A program made the position numbers and the translations under genes. From contig JALVYU010000031.1 of the NCBI GenBank assembly GCA_027022365.1, positions 430,391-494,390 on the forward strand: a DNA stretch of 64,000 nucleotides. Reading direction: 5' to 3'. This DNA is from Desulfurococcales archaeon. GTDB taxonomy: Archaea; Thermoproteota; Thermoprotei_A; Sulfolobales; Desulfurococcaceae. Under the pieces are notes generated by a model. The model made no database searches. It was not told the DNA's origin and was given only the letters and a program-made list of their open reading frames with translations. Shown in pieces: positions 29,055 through 39,698 of this stretch. Position 1 is the stretch's first letter, and each line of letters opens with the position of its first letter.

Positions 29055-30077
29055 ATGGTTTATACGAGCATCTCGGCCCGGATCCTATTAAATATTGAAG
29101 CGCTAAATATGACTGAAAGCGCCGGCAACTATGTGAAGCATAGAAGAGCACCAGTAGTCATTCCAACGAGTAATGGGTATATTCTCAGATACGTTCCAGT
29201 GATCAGTGGTGAGAGCATAGCTCACGCTTACCAGGAAATACTCGCTAAGATAGCTGAGGAAACAGGCCTACCAGTATGTAGTCTATGTAGGCAGGGCGTA
29301 TTCCTCAAACACACAGATAAAAACGTGTTCAAAAGAACAGGTATCCCAGCACCCGACTTCAAGAAACCGGAGAGCGTCGAGGAGACAATCGTTAAGCACT
29401 GCGTAGTCGAGGACGTAGGCGGCTTCCTAAACACTGACGCCGCTTTAAAGAGGACGAGCAGATTCTACGCAGGATACATGATCCCAGCACTAGACTCTAT
29501 CAAGACAAGTGCTGCAGAGGCACAATTCCATGTCAGATACGATCCCCTGTCGATCCAGACACAAGCAATATATAACATAGAAGCTGGAAGCGCATTATAC
29601 GTATTAACGCTCGGGCTAGACATAGACGGAATAGGTGTTTCAAGCATAGCTTTAGAAAACAGTAAGCCGAAACCCCTAGTATCCCCTGAGGAGAGATCTA
29701 AGAGGATTGAGGCAGCATTCAAAGCAATGCATCTACTAGTAACGCAAATGCTCTTCGGAGCAAAAAGAACAAGGTTCATGCCTAACTGGAAGATAATGAG
29801 CCTAGCAATACTCACTACGCATCCGCTACCCCTGAATGTCCGGCCAGCACATACGAGCAAATACATTGAGGAGACAATAGAATCAGTGAATCATGCCGTA
29901 GAACTGCTAGGTAAGGGGGCATCAAAGATAGAGGAGAAAGCACTCCTAGCATACTATTCGGCGGAAGAAAAACCAGTAGTCGGAGAGTCCAGTGTAAGCA
30001 TATACGAGGCCAGGACACCCGACGAAGCATTCAACAAATCCTATGAGTACATACAAGAACTGTTGGGGATGAAGTAA
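29055..30077 (+). CDS. cas7: Type I-A Cas7 (Csa2)
   Basis: EALNMTESAGNYVKHRRAP, VPVISGESIAHAYQ, EDVGGFL, KRTS and FGAKRTRF. Confidence 0.95.
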   Translation: MVYTSISARILLNIEALNMTESAGNYVKHRRAPVVIPTSNGYILRYVPVISGESIAHAYQEILAKIAEETGLPVCSLCRQGVFLKHTDKNVFKRTGIPAPDFKKPESVEETIVKHCVVEDVGGFLNTDAALKRTSRFYAGYMIPALDSIKTSAAEAQFHVRYDPLSIQTQAIYNIEAGSALYVLTLGLDIDGIGVSSIALENSKPKPLVSPEERSKRIEAAFKAMHLLVTQMLFGAKRTRFMPNWKIMSLAILTTHPLPLNVRPAHTSKYIEETIESVNHAVELLGKGASKIEEKALLAYYSAEEKPVVGESSVSIYEARTPDEAFNKSYEYIQELLGMK

Positions 30078-30079
30078 GG

Positions 30080-30871
30080 TTGAAGAGCATCTTATTAGTA
30101 GATATAGTTTTTTCATGGGGCCACATGATTAGGCCACCATATCAAAGCGGGGGAGGACAGGCCCTACCCTACCCTCCCCCAACAACCCTGATAGGAGCCT
30201 TGGCAGCCCCGTATCTAAGACTGAGAGAGCCAGTGGAGATCATTTACCATGATAAGAAAGCGTACAGTCCAGCCGCCAAGTTACTAGATATTGTGAGCTA
30301 CGCCGTTATGGGCTATCCTAAACCATGCGTAACCGAGATAATTGATATTAACAAATACTACTCCTACGCTTATCTTAGACCCAAATATAAAAAGTATGAA
30401 AGATTCTGGTCAGCCGCTATAGGCACGGGTAAAATATACTCACCATCAAACGCTGTAATCGCATACATAGTCGAGCAGGAATACGGAGAAGAACTAGCCA
30501 AGGCAGCATGGGGGATCACGAGGATCGGTAGCAAGGAAGGACTGGTATCAGTAAGGAGAGTAAAACTGGTAAAACAACCAGCAGTAATCGAAGAACAAAA
30601 GACCGTCAGTACAATTTTCCCAACACCCCTAAACATAGTAGAGCCTAGGGAAAACTGCAGGATCATCTATTTCTGGAAAATTATGAGGGAAGCATATACT
30701 TCGTACATGCCGAAGGAATACGAAGAATATCTCGACAAATACGTTGTCCCAGAATTCACTAGCAGAGTCTACGGTGGATCTATGAAGGTAAAGCCGCTAG
30801 AAAACGCCGTAGTAGTCGAAACACCATATTCTCCACTCATACTTCCCAAGGAAAAACTAGGTATAAGGTGA
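30080..30871 (+). CDS. cas5a: Type I-A Cas5
   Basis: YPPPTTLIGALA and ITRIGSKEGLVSV. Confidence 0.93.
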   Translation: MKSILLVDIVFSWGHMIRPPYQSGGGQALPYPPPTTLIGALAAPYLRLREPVEIIYHDKKAYSPAAKLLDIVSYAVMGYPKPCVTEIIDINKYYSYAYLRPKYKKYERFWSAAIGTGKIYSPSNAVIAYIVEQEYGEELAKAAWGITRIGSKEGLVSVRRVKLVKQPAVIEEQKTVSTIFPTPLNIVEPRENCRIIYFWKIMREAYTSYMPKEYEEYLDKYVVPEFTSRVYGGSMKVKPLENAVVVETPYSPLILPKEKLGIR

Positions 30872-32025
30872 TACGATATATGAGTGGTCATCTATGCATA
30901 GAACTATACCCGCCCGGCACACTCGGCAGGATCTTCATAGACTTATCACTCAACTATATGGATAAATCCCTTTACAAACTAAGAGACAATACTATATGTA
31001 TAAATGATCCAGTCTTGTTCGCCCAAGAAATGGAGGGGTTGCTTGAACAGTTCTATGTTAAAAGAGAAAAATGTTTCTACCTTACAGGTAATGATAACAA
31101 AAAAATTGTTGAGGTTCTAGGATCATTCTATAGTAAAGACGATCTGGCAACAATCATAAGATTTGTCACAAAATCTCTCATAAACGGCGGATACAGCAAT
31201 GTAGCTAAGAAAACAACAGCACCAGCCATGGCAAGGATAGAGTTTTTCGAACATTCAAAACCAGGCTATATAGCCCGGATTTCCGATAAACACAAGGAGC
31301 ACCCATACAAACGCATGAACGTATTATCGCTTGCCCTAACAATCTTAGGCGGCTGTATAGCCTATGTGACTCAAAGCGGGAAAAAGTTCATGGTTTATTT
31401 TGTTCCACTATATTACATCGAACCAATACTAATAAAGAAAATCAAGGGGAAAATAGCGGAATACTATAACTCCCCACCCAGTATTCTCGCCTACATAGCA
31501 GTAAAATATGTAGCAGAGCTCGGAGTAATCAGCGGATCACCGCTTGGTTTCTTAATAACGATAGATAGGTCGGGAAACAGGCCAATTCTCGTACGTAGTG
31601 AGCCATTAGCTAGTGAAGGATTAGAGAAAATTATACCAAATCTATCCAAAACTTCAAGAGAAATTATTGATGCAATACTTGATCTGCTGAAAATATATTA
31701 TGACGAGCTTCCAAAAAAGAGAAAGACAGCTAAATTCAAGAGAATTGCAGAATTTGTAGCCCCACTCATAACCATAGTGTTGGATATTTATAGGGCGTCA
31801 AGAGGATCTGGGGAGGCATTATATGACTGTATAAGGACTATAGCCCTTGTCAGGGACAGTATTATCAGCTCATTAGAGAAAGGTGGTAAGAATACTCCTT
31901 GGAGAAGACTATACTTCATGCTGAAAGACAAAGTCGATCATCCGGTGGGAGCGCTAAATATTCTCATAAGAGATCTATCGAATATAATTAAGCTGGAGGA
32001 ATGGAGGGGTATATACCAGTTTTGA
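30868..32025 (+). CDS. cas8a: Type I-A large subunit Cas8a (CsaX/Cas8a2-like)
   Basis: Position between cas5a and cas3', size, and the N-terminal LYPPG. Assignment is mainly syntenic. Confidence 0.7.
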   Translation: MIRYMSGHLCIELYPPGTLGRIFIDLSLNYMDKSLYKLRDNTICINDPVLFAQEMEGLLEQFYVKREKCFYLTGNDNKKIVEVLGSFYSKDDLATIIRFVTKSLINGGYSNVAKKTTAPAMARIEFFEHSKPGYIARISDKHKEHPYKRMNVLSLALTILGGCIAYVTQSGKKFMVYFVPLYYIEPILIKKIKGKIAEYYNSPPSILAYIAVKYVAELGVISGSPLGFLITIDRSGNRPILVRSEPLASEGLEKIIPNLSKTSREIIDAILDLLKIYYDELPKKRKTAKFKRIAEFVAPLITIVLDIYRASRGSGEALYDCIRTIALVRDSIISSLEKGGKNTPWRRLYFMLKDKVDHPVGALNILIRDLSNIIKLEEWRGIYQF

Positions 32026-33800
32026 GGAAACTTAACGATTTTCTCATTGAGACATATGAGAAACACTATAGTAGGGTGAATAAGCCACTTATAACCATAT
32101 ATGAAGCGCCAACCGGATATGGTAAATCATCAGTATTCCCATTTATAGCATATAAAATACGCAGTTCAGGAGTATTCTACGGGTACATACACGTATTACC
32201 CATGAGAAGCATAATCAGGAGCCTATACACAGATCTTTTGGAAGGAAATAAATATCCATTTAACATGATTGAAGACGTGAAAAACAATGTGGGGTATCAA
32301 GCAAGCGGTATGACTCTATCAGGAAAGGACCCATTCTACACAAAACTATATAATATAACGACGATCGATAGCTTCATGCTAAACATGTTAAAGCTATCTA
32401 TCGGCGAGCCCAACACTTACTACAAGCACTATGAAGCAAGCAGGTCAATGATATTTACCTCAATGATAACACTTGATGAAGCCCACTTATACGGAGGCGA
32501 TCCAGGGGCGCCAGAAGAGAAACTATATACTAGTTTCACATCTCTAGTCGGTGTCCTCCCCTACCTAAACACGCCCATATCAATAATCTCCGCGACAATC
32601 CCCATAAGCCTGGGAAACGCCATCTATAGGACAATACTGGCTTATACTAGGTCGAAAAACGGCGTGGCGCTGTGGATAAAGTATGGGGATAAGATCAGAG
32701 TAAACGGGAAAGTCATTGGTGAAGCGGTAGATAGAGAATTCGATCAAAGAGTGGAGTCCACTCGATGGAAAACAGAGATCCTATCAATAAGGTTCAATAA
32801 GCTCGCAAAAGAAATAAATGACAAAGCCGAGACAGGGAGGAAAATACTAGTTATAACCAATAAGCCCGTCAGAGCTGTGAATATTTACGAGCACTTAGCA
32901 TCGATGGATCTGGATCCTGTTCTGGTTCATGGAAGACTGAAGTACTCGGAAAGAGAATCTATGGAGAAAAGAATACGTGAGGCAAATGTAGTTGTTGCTA
33001 CCCAGGTAGTAGAGGCCGGAATAGACGTAAGCTTCGACACTATCTACACTGATCCTGCTCCTCCCACAAGCCTTATTCAAAGAATCGGGAGAATAAACAG
33101 GGAACTAAGAGACAACATAACCGGCCAAGTATTTATCATCAACGATGGTGAGGACAGCTATAAAAATATATATGATCCTGAAATAGTGGTGAATACGCTG
33201 AAACTGATCAAGGAGTACGGGGATAATATAAACTGGAGACTACCTAGGGGAAGAGATTCAAGCGACATCATAGGCTACTATGATTTGATCGAGAAAATCT
33301 ATCAGGGATTAACACCAGTAATCGATACAGGGCTTCTCCATGCACTCAAAGAAATAATTCTCTCAGCAAGAATAGGCTGGAGTCAAACGAGGGAGCTAAT
33401 GTATAAATCATGTATGAAAAACACAGGTATTATTAGGAACAGTGTTTTGATACCCGTTTTTCCAGTGGATATCACAGATCAACACTTAGTAAATGATATT
33501 ACTATTGAAGAACTATTTGTTGAAGCGGTACCAGTAAGCTTAGCTTGGCTTATAATTAGGGCGAACACTCTTCTTTCAAGGAAATCATTCATACTATATA
33601 TTGTTTTTGACGATAACGGTGAGCCTTATCCTCGCTTTGAAACAGCTCCAAGAGATCCTGCGGAACTAAAGAAGATAATATGTGGAAGTCTATGTGGATA
33701 CAGGGTTCATAGGAACTTATCCCGCGGCAACGGCTTCTTTTCCGGCATAGTAGTCGAACCTAGGCTCTACAAGCCCTGGAAAGGATTGCTGGTTGACTAG
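32001..33800 (+). CDS. cas3: Cas3' SF2 helicase
   Basis: APTGYGKS, LDEAH, SAT, ATQVVEAGIDV and QRIGRINR. Confidence 0.95.
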   Translation: MEGYIPVLRKLNDFLIETYEKHYSRVNKPLITIYEAPTGYGKSSVFPFIAYKIRSSGVFYGYIHVLPMRSIIRSLYTDLLEGNKYPFNMIEDVKNNVGYQASGMTLSGKDPFYTKLYNITTIDSFMLNMLKLSIGEPNTYYKHYEASRSMIFTSMITLDEAHLYGGDPGAPEEKLYTSFTSLVGVLPYLNTPISIISATIPISLGNAIYRTILAYTRSKNGVALWIKYGDKIRVNGKVIGEAVDREFDQRVESTRWKTEILSIRFNKLAKEINDKAETGRKILVITNKPVRAVNIYEHLASMDLDPVLVHGRLKYSERESMEKRIREANVVVATQVVEAGIDVSFDTIYTDPAPPTSLIQRIGRINRELRDNITGQVFIINDGEDSYKNIYDPEIVVNTLKLIKEYGDNINWRLPRGRDSSDIIGYYDLIEKIYQGLTPVIDTGLLHALKEIILSARIGWSQTRELMYKSCMKNTGIIRNSVLIPVFPVDITDQHLVNDITIEELFVEAVPVSLAWLIIRANTLLSRKSFILYIVFDDNGEPYPRFETAPRDPAELKKIICGSLCGYRVHRNLSRGNGFFSGIVVEPRLYKPWKGLLVD

Positions 33801-33827
33801 GATTGTTAGCCGCTGGGGGTCGAAACA

Positions 33828-34676
33828 ATGTATTTCCATGCATACATCGATAAGGATGGCAGGAATTATAGTTTAATAGGGCACTCCATAGACACTCTTC
33901 TCGTCGCTTTAAAGACAAATATCAACAAGAGACTATATACTGTCACTTGCAGGATAATAGAAGGAGATAACCATAGAGAGGTTATTCACTCCTACCTTCT
34001 CCTACCGTTTTTACTACATGACATAGGGAAAATAATGATCATGTACCAAGAGAGACCCGCCAAATGGAATTATGGATACGCGTTCCACGAAATTGTTGGC
34101 GGCATACTAATGTATAAGATCAGCGAGCAAATCCTCGAGGATGATGTAGCGGGAGTAGATTATCAAATGCTGAGGTATCTCTTGGTGGAATCCGTTAAGA
34201 GACACCATTATTCAATGAACCGTGGATTAAACGAGTTAATTGAAGCTATGAACAGAGGACTCTTTAAATTCGTGAACGGCGTTTATAATGTTGTGAAAAG
34301 AAGTGATCTGGAAAAATATATTCTAGGCATAAAAACATGCTTAGAGAGATACTCTGAGATGGTGCCCCGCCAACTAAATAACATACTAGATAATATTATT
34401 GAAAAAGCTCTACCAAACATGCGTGACACTCTTTTTAGCCTCTATACAGCTAGAACGTTGGAGCAAAAAATCAAGAAAATAGAGGATTACCTGCGTAGCA
34501 AGAATGTTAATGAAGCCTTCATATACAACGCCGTATTGACAGGATTAATCTCATTAGCTGATTACACGGCAGCATCAATAGAGAGAAGCAATAAACTAAG
34601 AGGATATGCTTCAAAATTTTACTCCAAGAGCGAAATAAAGGAGATTAATGCTATTATACCGGTCGAGTGCAGATAA
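33828..34676 (+). CDS. cas3'': Cas3'' HD nuclease
   Basis: LIGHS, LLHDIGK, FHE, RHH and LADY. Confidence 0.93.
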   Translation: MYFHAYIDKDGRNYSLIGHSIDTLLVALKTNINKRLYTVTCRIIEGDNHREVIHSYLLLPFLLHDIGKIMIMYQERPAKWNYGYAFHEIVGGILMYKISEQILEDDVAGVDYQMLRYLLVESVKRHHYSMNRGLNELIEAMNRGLFKFVNGVYNVVKRSDLEKYILGIKTCLERYSEMVPRQLNNILDNIIEKALPNMRDTLFSLYTARTLEQKIKKIEDYLRSKNVNEAFIYNAVLTGLISLADYTAASIERSNKLRGYASKFYSKSEIKEINAIIPVECR

Positions 34677-34688
34677 TACCTCGTCTAT

Positions 34689-35627
34689 ATGGGGCTGTAT
34701 ATGATGAGCAACAATATTCATTTCTTCCGTGTAGGCTTGTATATTGAGGGTTTTAGGGGTGTTTTGTTCACTGGTAAGCTTGTTAAGACCATTATTATCC
34801 GGGTGTTGCCTGAGCTCGGCGGGTTCTTCCAGCCTTCTCGGTCGGGTTATCCGAAGCTTATCCATGTTTCGCCGCTCTACACCCGTGTCGGTGGGAGGAT
34901 TAGGTGTGTTTACAGCAGTATTGACTGCAGGGGCGATACGGCCAGGTGCGGTGGTAGGCCCTCGCAAGTGGTTCTGAATGGGGATTACTGGTTCTATATT
35001 GGTTTCTCCGAGAAGCTGTTGAGCCACGAGAAATTCCTGGAGGCGGTGATGGGTCTCGACGACTGCTTCGTCTTCATGGATCAGAGGGTGTGCGCCGTGC
35101 TTAGCGAGCTAGAGTACATCAATATGAGGGAGGCAATACTCGATACCGCGAGGAGGGTACTGGGGAGCGGTAAGCTCAAGATAGTGTTCTCCTCCCCCAC
35201 AATGCTGAGGGATCCCTTCAAGCGGACGAAACACAAGTCACTCATACCCACAGTATTCAACATATTCTCGACACCGCTCTACCTCATGCTGCACAACACG
35301 GGCTCCTACAGCCTCAGGAAATACAGGAGGCAGCTCCTGATACTCCACAAGATCTTCAACGAGCCGTACACCACCCTTAAAACCGTCAAGCTAAAATGGG
35401 TCGTCTACAAGCACAGGCCGGAGCCGACAATAACCGGGTACATGAACCTCTTCATCAACCAGGACTACCTACAGTACTACGGGAGATACATAGACATGGA
35501 GAAATACCTGGGAGAAATACTAACATACATGGCAGCACTAGGCGTAGGAGTAGGAAGAGCAACGGGATTCGGCCACGTAACCGTAGAGCCCGGACAGAAA
35601 AAGGAGAACGCCGCAGAGGGGAAATAA
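34689..35627 (+). CDS. cas6: CRISPR endoribonuclease Cas6 (paralog 2)
   Basis: FTGKLVKT, PKLIHVSPL, FSSPT and GVGVGRATGFGHV. Confidence 0.9.
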   Translation: MGLYMMSNNIHFFRVGLYIEGFRGVLFTGKLVKTIIIRVLPELGGFFQPSRSGYPKLIHVSPLYTRVGGRIRCVYSSIDCRGDTARCGGRPSQVVLNGDYWFYIGFSEKLLSHEKFLEAVMGLDDCFVFMDQRVCAVLSELEYINMREAILDTARRVLGSGKLKIVFSSPTMLRDPFKRTKHKSLIPTVFNIFSTPLYLMLHNTGSYSLRKYRRQLLILHKIFNEPYTTLKTVKLKWVVYKHRPEPTITGYMNLFINQDYLQYYGRYIDMEKYLGEILTYMAALGVGVGRATGFGHVTVEPGQKKENAAEGK

Positions 35628-35904
35628 CATCATAGGCTTTTTCAACAAAATAATATCTCATCTAAACACGCACAAAGAAAAACAACTAAGCGAGAACTCC
35701 ACACAACCATGTTCAAGGACAGTATCCTACATCTTGTATTTCTTCGCAAGTAACTTAGACCACATACATTAAACAAGTAATACACGGTCAAAACAAAGCT
35801 GAGCACATTACGGGTCCTGCATTGCAAACGCCTAAAAGGCATGGCTAATCTAGCCCACTATGTCATTATGAGTAAATATGTCAATGTCATAGCGCTCTTT
35901 ATCG

Positions 35905-36236
35905 TATTTTTCATATCAAGATTATCTCATCCTCTGTTACCAGCGGTTCTCGATGAGATATTGCCATTGCCACGATAACTCAGTCTATGTAGTAGCTGGC
36001 AAGCCTATGTAGCCCGTATGATGCCTCAATGATATATTCTCTAAAGCATGGAACTCCGTCGAATGTCCAGAATATAGTGTTTGTTGCCTCGGATACATAG
36101 CCTAGAGGCTTTTGCTTGTAGTTCGAACAAAAAGATCAAGCTTATTCTTGTCTTGCCCTCTATAAACGCCCTTAAAAGATAAGTTTTTAACCCGTATACT
36201 CCCCTATAGAAGAAGGTACATCATATACACAATCAT
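35905..36236 (-). pseudogene. Degraded VapC/PIN toxin gene
   Basis: Starts with an ATGA overlap on the antitoxin stop. The minus-strand fragment YID*VIVAMAISHREPLVTED matches the PIN C-terminal motif; multiple stops and frameshifts. Confidence 0.65.
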
Positions 36237-36487
36237 CTCACGATGAACCTCTTATTGGGCTCTCTTCGTAGACCATTAAGCTCTTCCGCAGAGACCTCAG
36301 CTATTTTCTCAGAATATATCAGCTTAATCAATTCTTGTTTACCACTTAGGCTATCCCGCAGCAATTCATTCAATACTCTAGGCATTCCCCTAACCGTACC
36401 ATACCTCCTAATGTTCTCCTTTACTAGTTTTTTATAAATACCGTCATCTAAGATTACGGTAGTATGTTTGGACATATAACCGCCCAA
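36233..36487 (-). CDS. VapB-like antitoxin (RHH-type)
   Basis: KHTTVILDDGIYKKLV..VLNELLR; lies upstream of the PIN remnant. Confidence 0.7.
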   Translation of the reverse strand: MGGYMSKHTTVILDDGIYKKLVKENIRRYGTVRGMPRVLNELLRDSLSGKQELIKLIYSEKIAEVSAEELNGLRREPNKRFIVR

Positions 36488-36607
36488 GCATTATGATATG
36501 TAGAATCATATGTATTCTTCTAGGGCCGATAGATAATTCGGTATGCTACTTACTATTTCCATCTATATCGGCCGACTTTGATGCCAACCATTATTGATCT
36601 TAGAATA

Positions 36608-37357
36608 TTATAGTCTCTTTATAATAGTACGCCTGTTCGTTTCGATGGTGAATATTCCTAGAATTATCGTAAACAATAGTAGGACCAAAAAATCTATACC
36701 TAAGCTGAACGCTGATCTCCCTATGTATAAATCGTTGATTATGTCAGCATAATATGTTAACGGCGATACATACGATAAGGGTCTCATAAGTATTGGTAGC
36801 CTATTTATTGGAACAAATACTCCGCTTATGAATATAAGTGGCATCCTAACAACACTTGATAATAGGACCGCGTCTGCTGGTACATCGGAGGGTATAGCGG
36901 AGAAAAGAAGGCCCATAAACGAATAACATATCGACGATAGTAGTATGGACGCAATAAGAACAGGTATGTTTGCTGGGCATACACCAAGAAATATCCCAAT
37001 AGCAATTATAACTAATGATATAAAGACTCCGTAGAGCATTGATGCAAGACATGTTCCCATCAATACTAATTCAATAGTTATTGGTCTTGCTAGTATCATT
37101 TCAAGTGTCTTTTGCCTAGTCTCCCACGGTAATATTACAGGTGTGATAGAAGAAGCTGCGAAAAAGGAGGATATGGATAATAACATGGCGACCGCACTAC
37201 CTATACTTGGAGATGAACCGATCATAAATGCAAGCCATAAAAACATAGGCATGAATACGCCCATTACGATCGTTGGTCCCTTGAAATAATAAAGTCTCAT
37301 ATCCTTAATGCTCAAGGCCCATATCTTCTTCAAATAATCACTTATACATGCTACCAT
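36608..37357 (-). CDS. ABC-2 type permease
   Basis: About 6 TM segments, FISGVFVP and SPLTY. Confidence 0.88.
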   Translation of the reverse strand: MVACISDYLKKIWALSIKDMRLYYFKGPTIVMGVFMPMFLWLAFMIGSSPSIGSAVAMLLSISSFFAASSITPVILPWETRQKTLEMILARPITIELVLMGTCLASMLYGVFISLVIIAIGIFLGVCPANIPVLIASILLSSICYSFMGLLFSAIPSDVPADAVLLSSVVRMPLIFISGVFVPINRLPILMRPLSYVSPLTYYADIINDLYIGRSAFSLGIDFLVLLLFTIILGIFTIETNRRTIIKRL

Positions 37358-37358
37358 A

Positions 37359-38285
37359 TTACTCGCCCCTAACTATTCTGACGAATATGTCCTCGAATGA
37401 CTGGGATTCTATATGTAGATCCTTTATCCTTAGACCTAACCTGTGTTTAATATTCATGATCTTATCCAATACTTCATCTAATTCGTTCTTCTCACATATT
37501 ATGGTTACCCATTTCTCATCGCATGTTACATTGTAATGATCTCTGAGCTCGTTGAGAACGCTAGAATCAATACTGTTATCGAATAAAACCTTTATCTCTA
37601 TATACTTTCCATATCTTATCCTTAGATCATCAGGGGTGCCCTCTGCTATGATTTTTCCCTTATTAATGATCGCCACACGATCACAAAGCATGCCTGCTTC
37701 ATCAATATTGTGGGTGGTTAATACTATAGTCTTACCGTTCCTGCGAAGCCCCATAATCATCGACCTGATTTTCCGAGCACTAAAAACATCTAGTCCTGAT
37801 GTTGGCTCGTCGAGAAACAATATTTCCGGATCACTGATTAGAGCCATAGCCAGTAAGAGCCTCCTCCTCATCCCCTTAGATAATGTTTTTGCCTTGGAGC
37901 TTCTTCTATCATATAAACCGAGCTCCTCCAGGAGGAATTTTCCCCTCTCAATAATGGTTTCTTTAGGAATGCAATAGAGCTTGCCTATAAGTACAAGATT
38001 ATCCCAGACACTCAGATCCACATATGGATTCGAAACCTCTGGAACAACGCCTATATGGCTCCGAGCCCCTATAGGGTTTCTATGCACATCAATACCCATT
38101 ATAAACGCGCGTCCTCTATCGGGCCTCAATAAACCAGTGATCATCCTTATAGTCGTAGTTTTACCCGCTCCGTTAGGACCCAAAAGACCAAAAATCTCGC
38201 CGCGAGATACACTAAAGGAAACACCACGGACAGCCTCAACAGATCCGAAGCTCTTATACAGTCCAATAGCTTCGACCATGGTCAT
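37359..38285 (-). CDS. ABC transporter ATP-binding protein
   Basis: GPNGAGKTT, LSKGMRRRL and FLDEPT. Confidence 0.92.
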   Translation of the reverse strand: MTMVEAIGLYKSFGSVEAVRGVSFSVSRGEIFGLLGPNGAGKTTTIRMITGLLRPDRGRAFIMGIDVHRNPIGARSHIGVVPEVSNPYVDLSVWDNLVLIGKLYCIPKETIIERGKFLLEELGLYDRRSSKAKTLSKGMRRRLLLAMALISDPEILFLDEPTSGLDVFSARKIRSMIMGLRRNGKTIVLTTHNIDEAGMLCDRVAIINKGKIIAEGTPDDLRIRYGKYIEIKVLFDNSIDSSVLNELRDHYNVTCDEKWVTIICEKNELDEVLDKIMNIKHRLGLRIKDLHIESQSFEDIFVRIVRGE

Positions 38286-38799
38286 ACTGCTCCTTCACCA
38301 CCAATCTAATACATATGTAGACTTTCATCATATTTCTTAAGATACTGCTTCGACATAGTCAACTTAATCTTTCATCTAATGAACTTTACAACATCTCTAT
38401 CTCGTATAATATTTCCCATATTTAATTTCTACTCTCATAAGTTGTACTTGAAAAAGCATAATCAATAATATACTACCGCATAAAAGGGATCAAAAACCAT
38501 GTAATTATCAAATTATTATATAGTTTTTCATTATAAGATCCAAAGATTGGCTTCTCCAAAAACAGACATATTCTGTATTAGTTCTAATCCAAACAATCCG
38601 GGCTTAACAGGGATAAGTATGCTATGGCTTCAAAAAGGATCTAGATCTTAATTGTGCATTATAAGACACATATTGTGAAGAAGCAGTCATCGCTGGGCTT
38701 AAACAGGATATGCTCGTGATCACACAGTAAAGAGCAAGAAGAAATCCATGTCCGTGTCTGAATAATTGGGAACGACGGGTTGGAAATAAGCAAAGTATT

Positions 38800-39213
38800 C
38801 TATGGTATAAAGATTGTACTTACACCATGTTTTTCCGCGGTTTCTGCTTGTTTCTTATCGCTTGTCAGTAGCTGCGCTTGTTTCTGGAGGGCTTGGACTA
38901 TATATAGGGAATCATATATTGTTGCCTTATTTTTCAGGGCGAAATCGAATGCGGGTTCTAGGTACTTGTGTTGGGGCTCGATCCTTATGATTTCTTGATC
39001 GGTTAGTTTGAACAGGATGTTCTTCTTTGCATAAGCTATTCCGATTGGTATAGACCGGAATATGGAGTAGTGCTTCCATATAGCATTTAATACTTCTTTG
39101 AGCATCAAATCTAGGCTGAATACCTCGCTGTACAGGAGGTATTCTCTTATTTCACGCCAGTTCTCTTCTTTAAGAACATATTTGGCAACAGACGAGGCAT
39201 CAATAACGATCAC
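38800..39213 (-). CDS. vapC: VapC/PIN toxin
   Basis: MIVIDAS, KEVLNAIWK, IYDSLYI and LLTSDKKQ. Confidence 0.92.
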   Translation of the reverse strand: MIVIDASSVAKYVLKEENWREIREYLLYSEVFSLDLMLKEVLNAIWKHYSIFRSIPIGIAYAKKNILFKLTDQEIIRIEPQHKYLEPAFDFALKNKATIYDSLYIVQALQKQAQLLTSDKKQAETAEKHGVSTIFIP

Positions 39214-39430
39214 GGTCTTCCCTCACGCTCCTCGACCCAGAACCCCTAGGCAGGACGGGGTGTTTTTCGAGTTCTCTCTGGATTTCCTCTAGGACAAGAC
39301 GCTTCTTATAGTACTTGATCCGCTGCTCTATGAAATCTATTATTTCTTTTTTCCAATCTATTTCCCCCTTTAGCCTATCCATTTCCTCTTTGAGCCTGCG
39401 GGGTATTCGTATACTTAGGACCGTGCTCAA
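39200..39430 (-). CDS. vapB: VapB antitoxin
   Basis: STVLSIRIPRRLKEEM..IDW..VREDRD; overlaps the vapC start. Confidence 0.88.
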   Translation of the reverse strand: MSTVLSIRIPRRLKEEMDRLKGEIDWKKEIIDFIEQRIKYYKKRLVLEEIQRELEKHPVLPRGSGSRSVREDRDRY

Positions 39431-39698
39431 CCGTTTACACCGATTCCATGGATATTGTATACAGTTATTTAAACCTACCTATTGTTCAATTAACCAATGC
39501 AGAACAATAACTACTCATTTCCTTATCCCATGAAATACCTTGTTCCCCCATCATGTTCGGAAATCTCGATAATTTCTTTCAAGCGAATACGATAGGATAC
39601 AATGCGGGTATCCATCGTCTAAACGAAGATTGATGTTTTCCCCGCTAGGCTAACCTGCAGATATGCTCTACGGCGTCTTAGCGAGAACCATGTGCCGG

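Noticed and set aside
38600-38714. Imperfect direct repeat GGGCTTAA(A)CAGG..TATGCT
   Set aside because: Two short gapped copies with no associated transposase or integrase.
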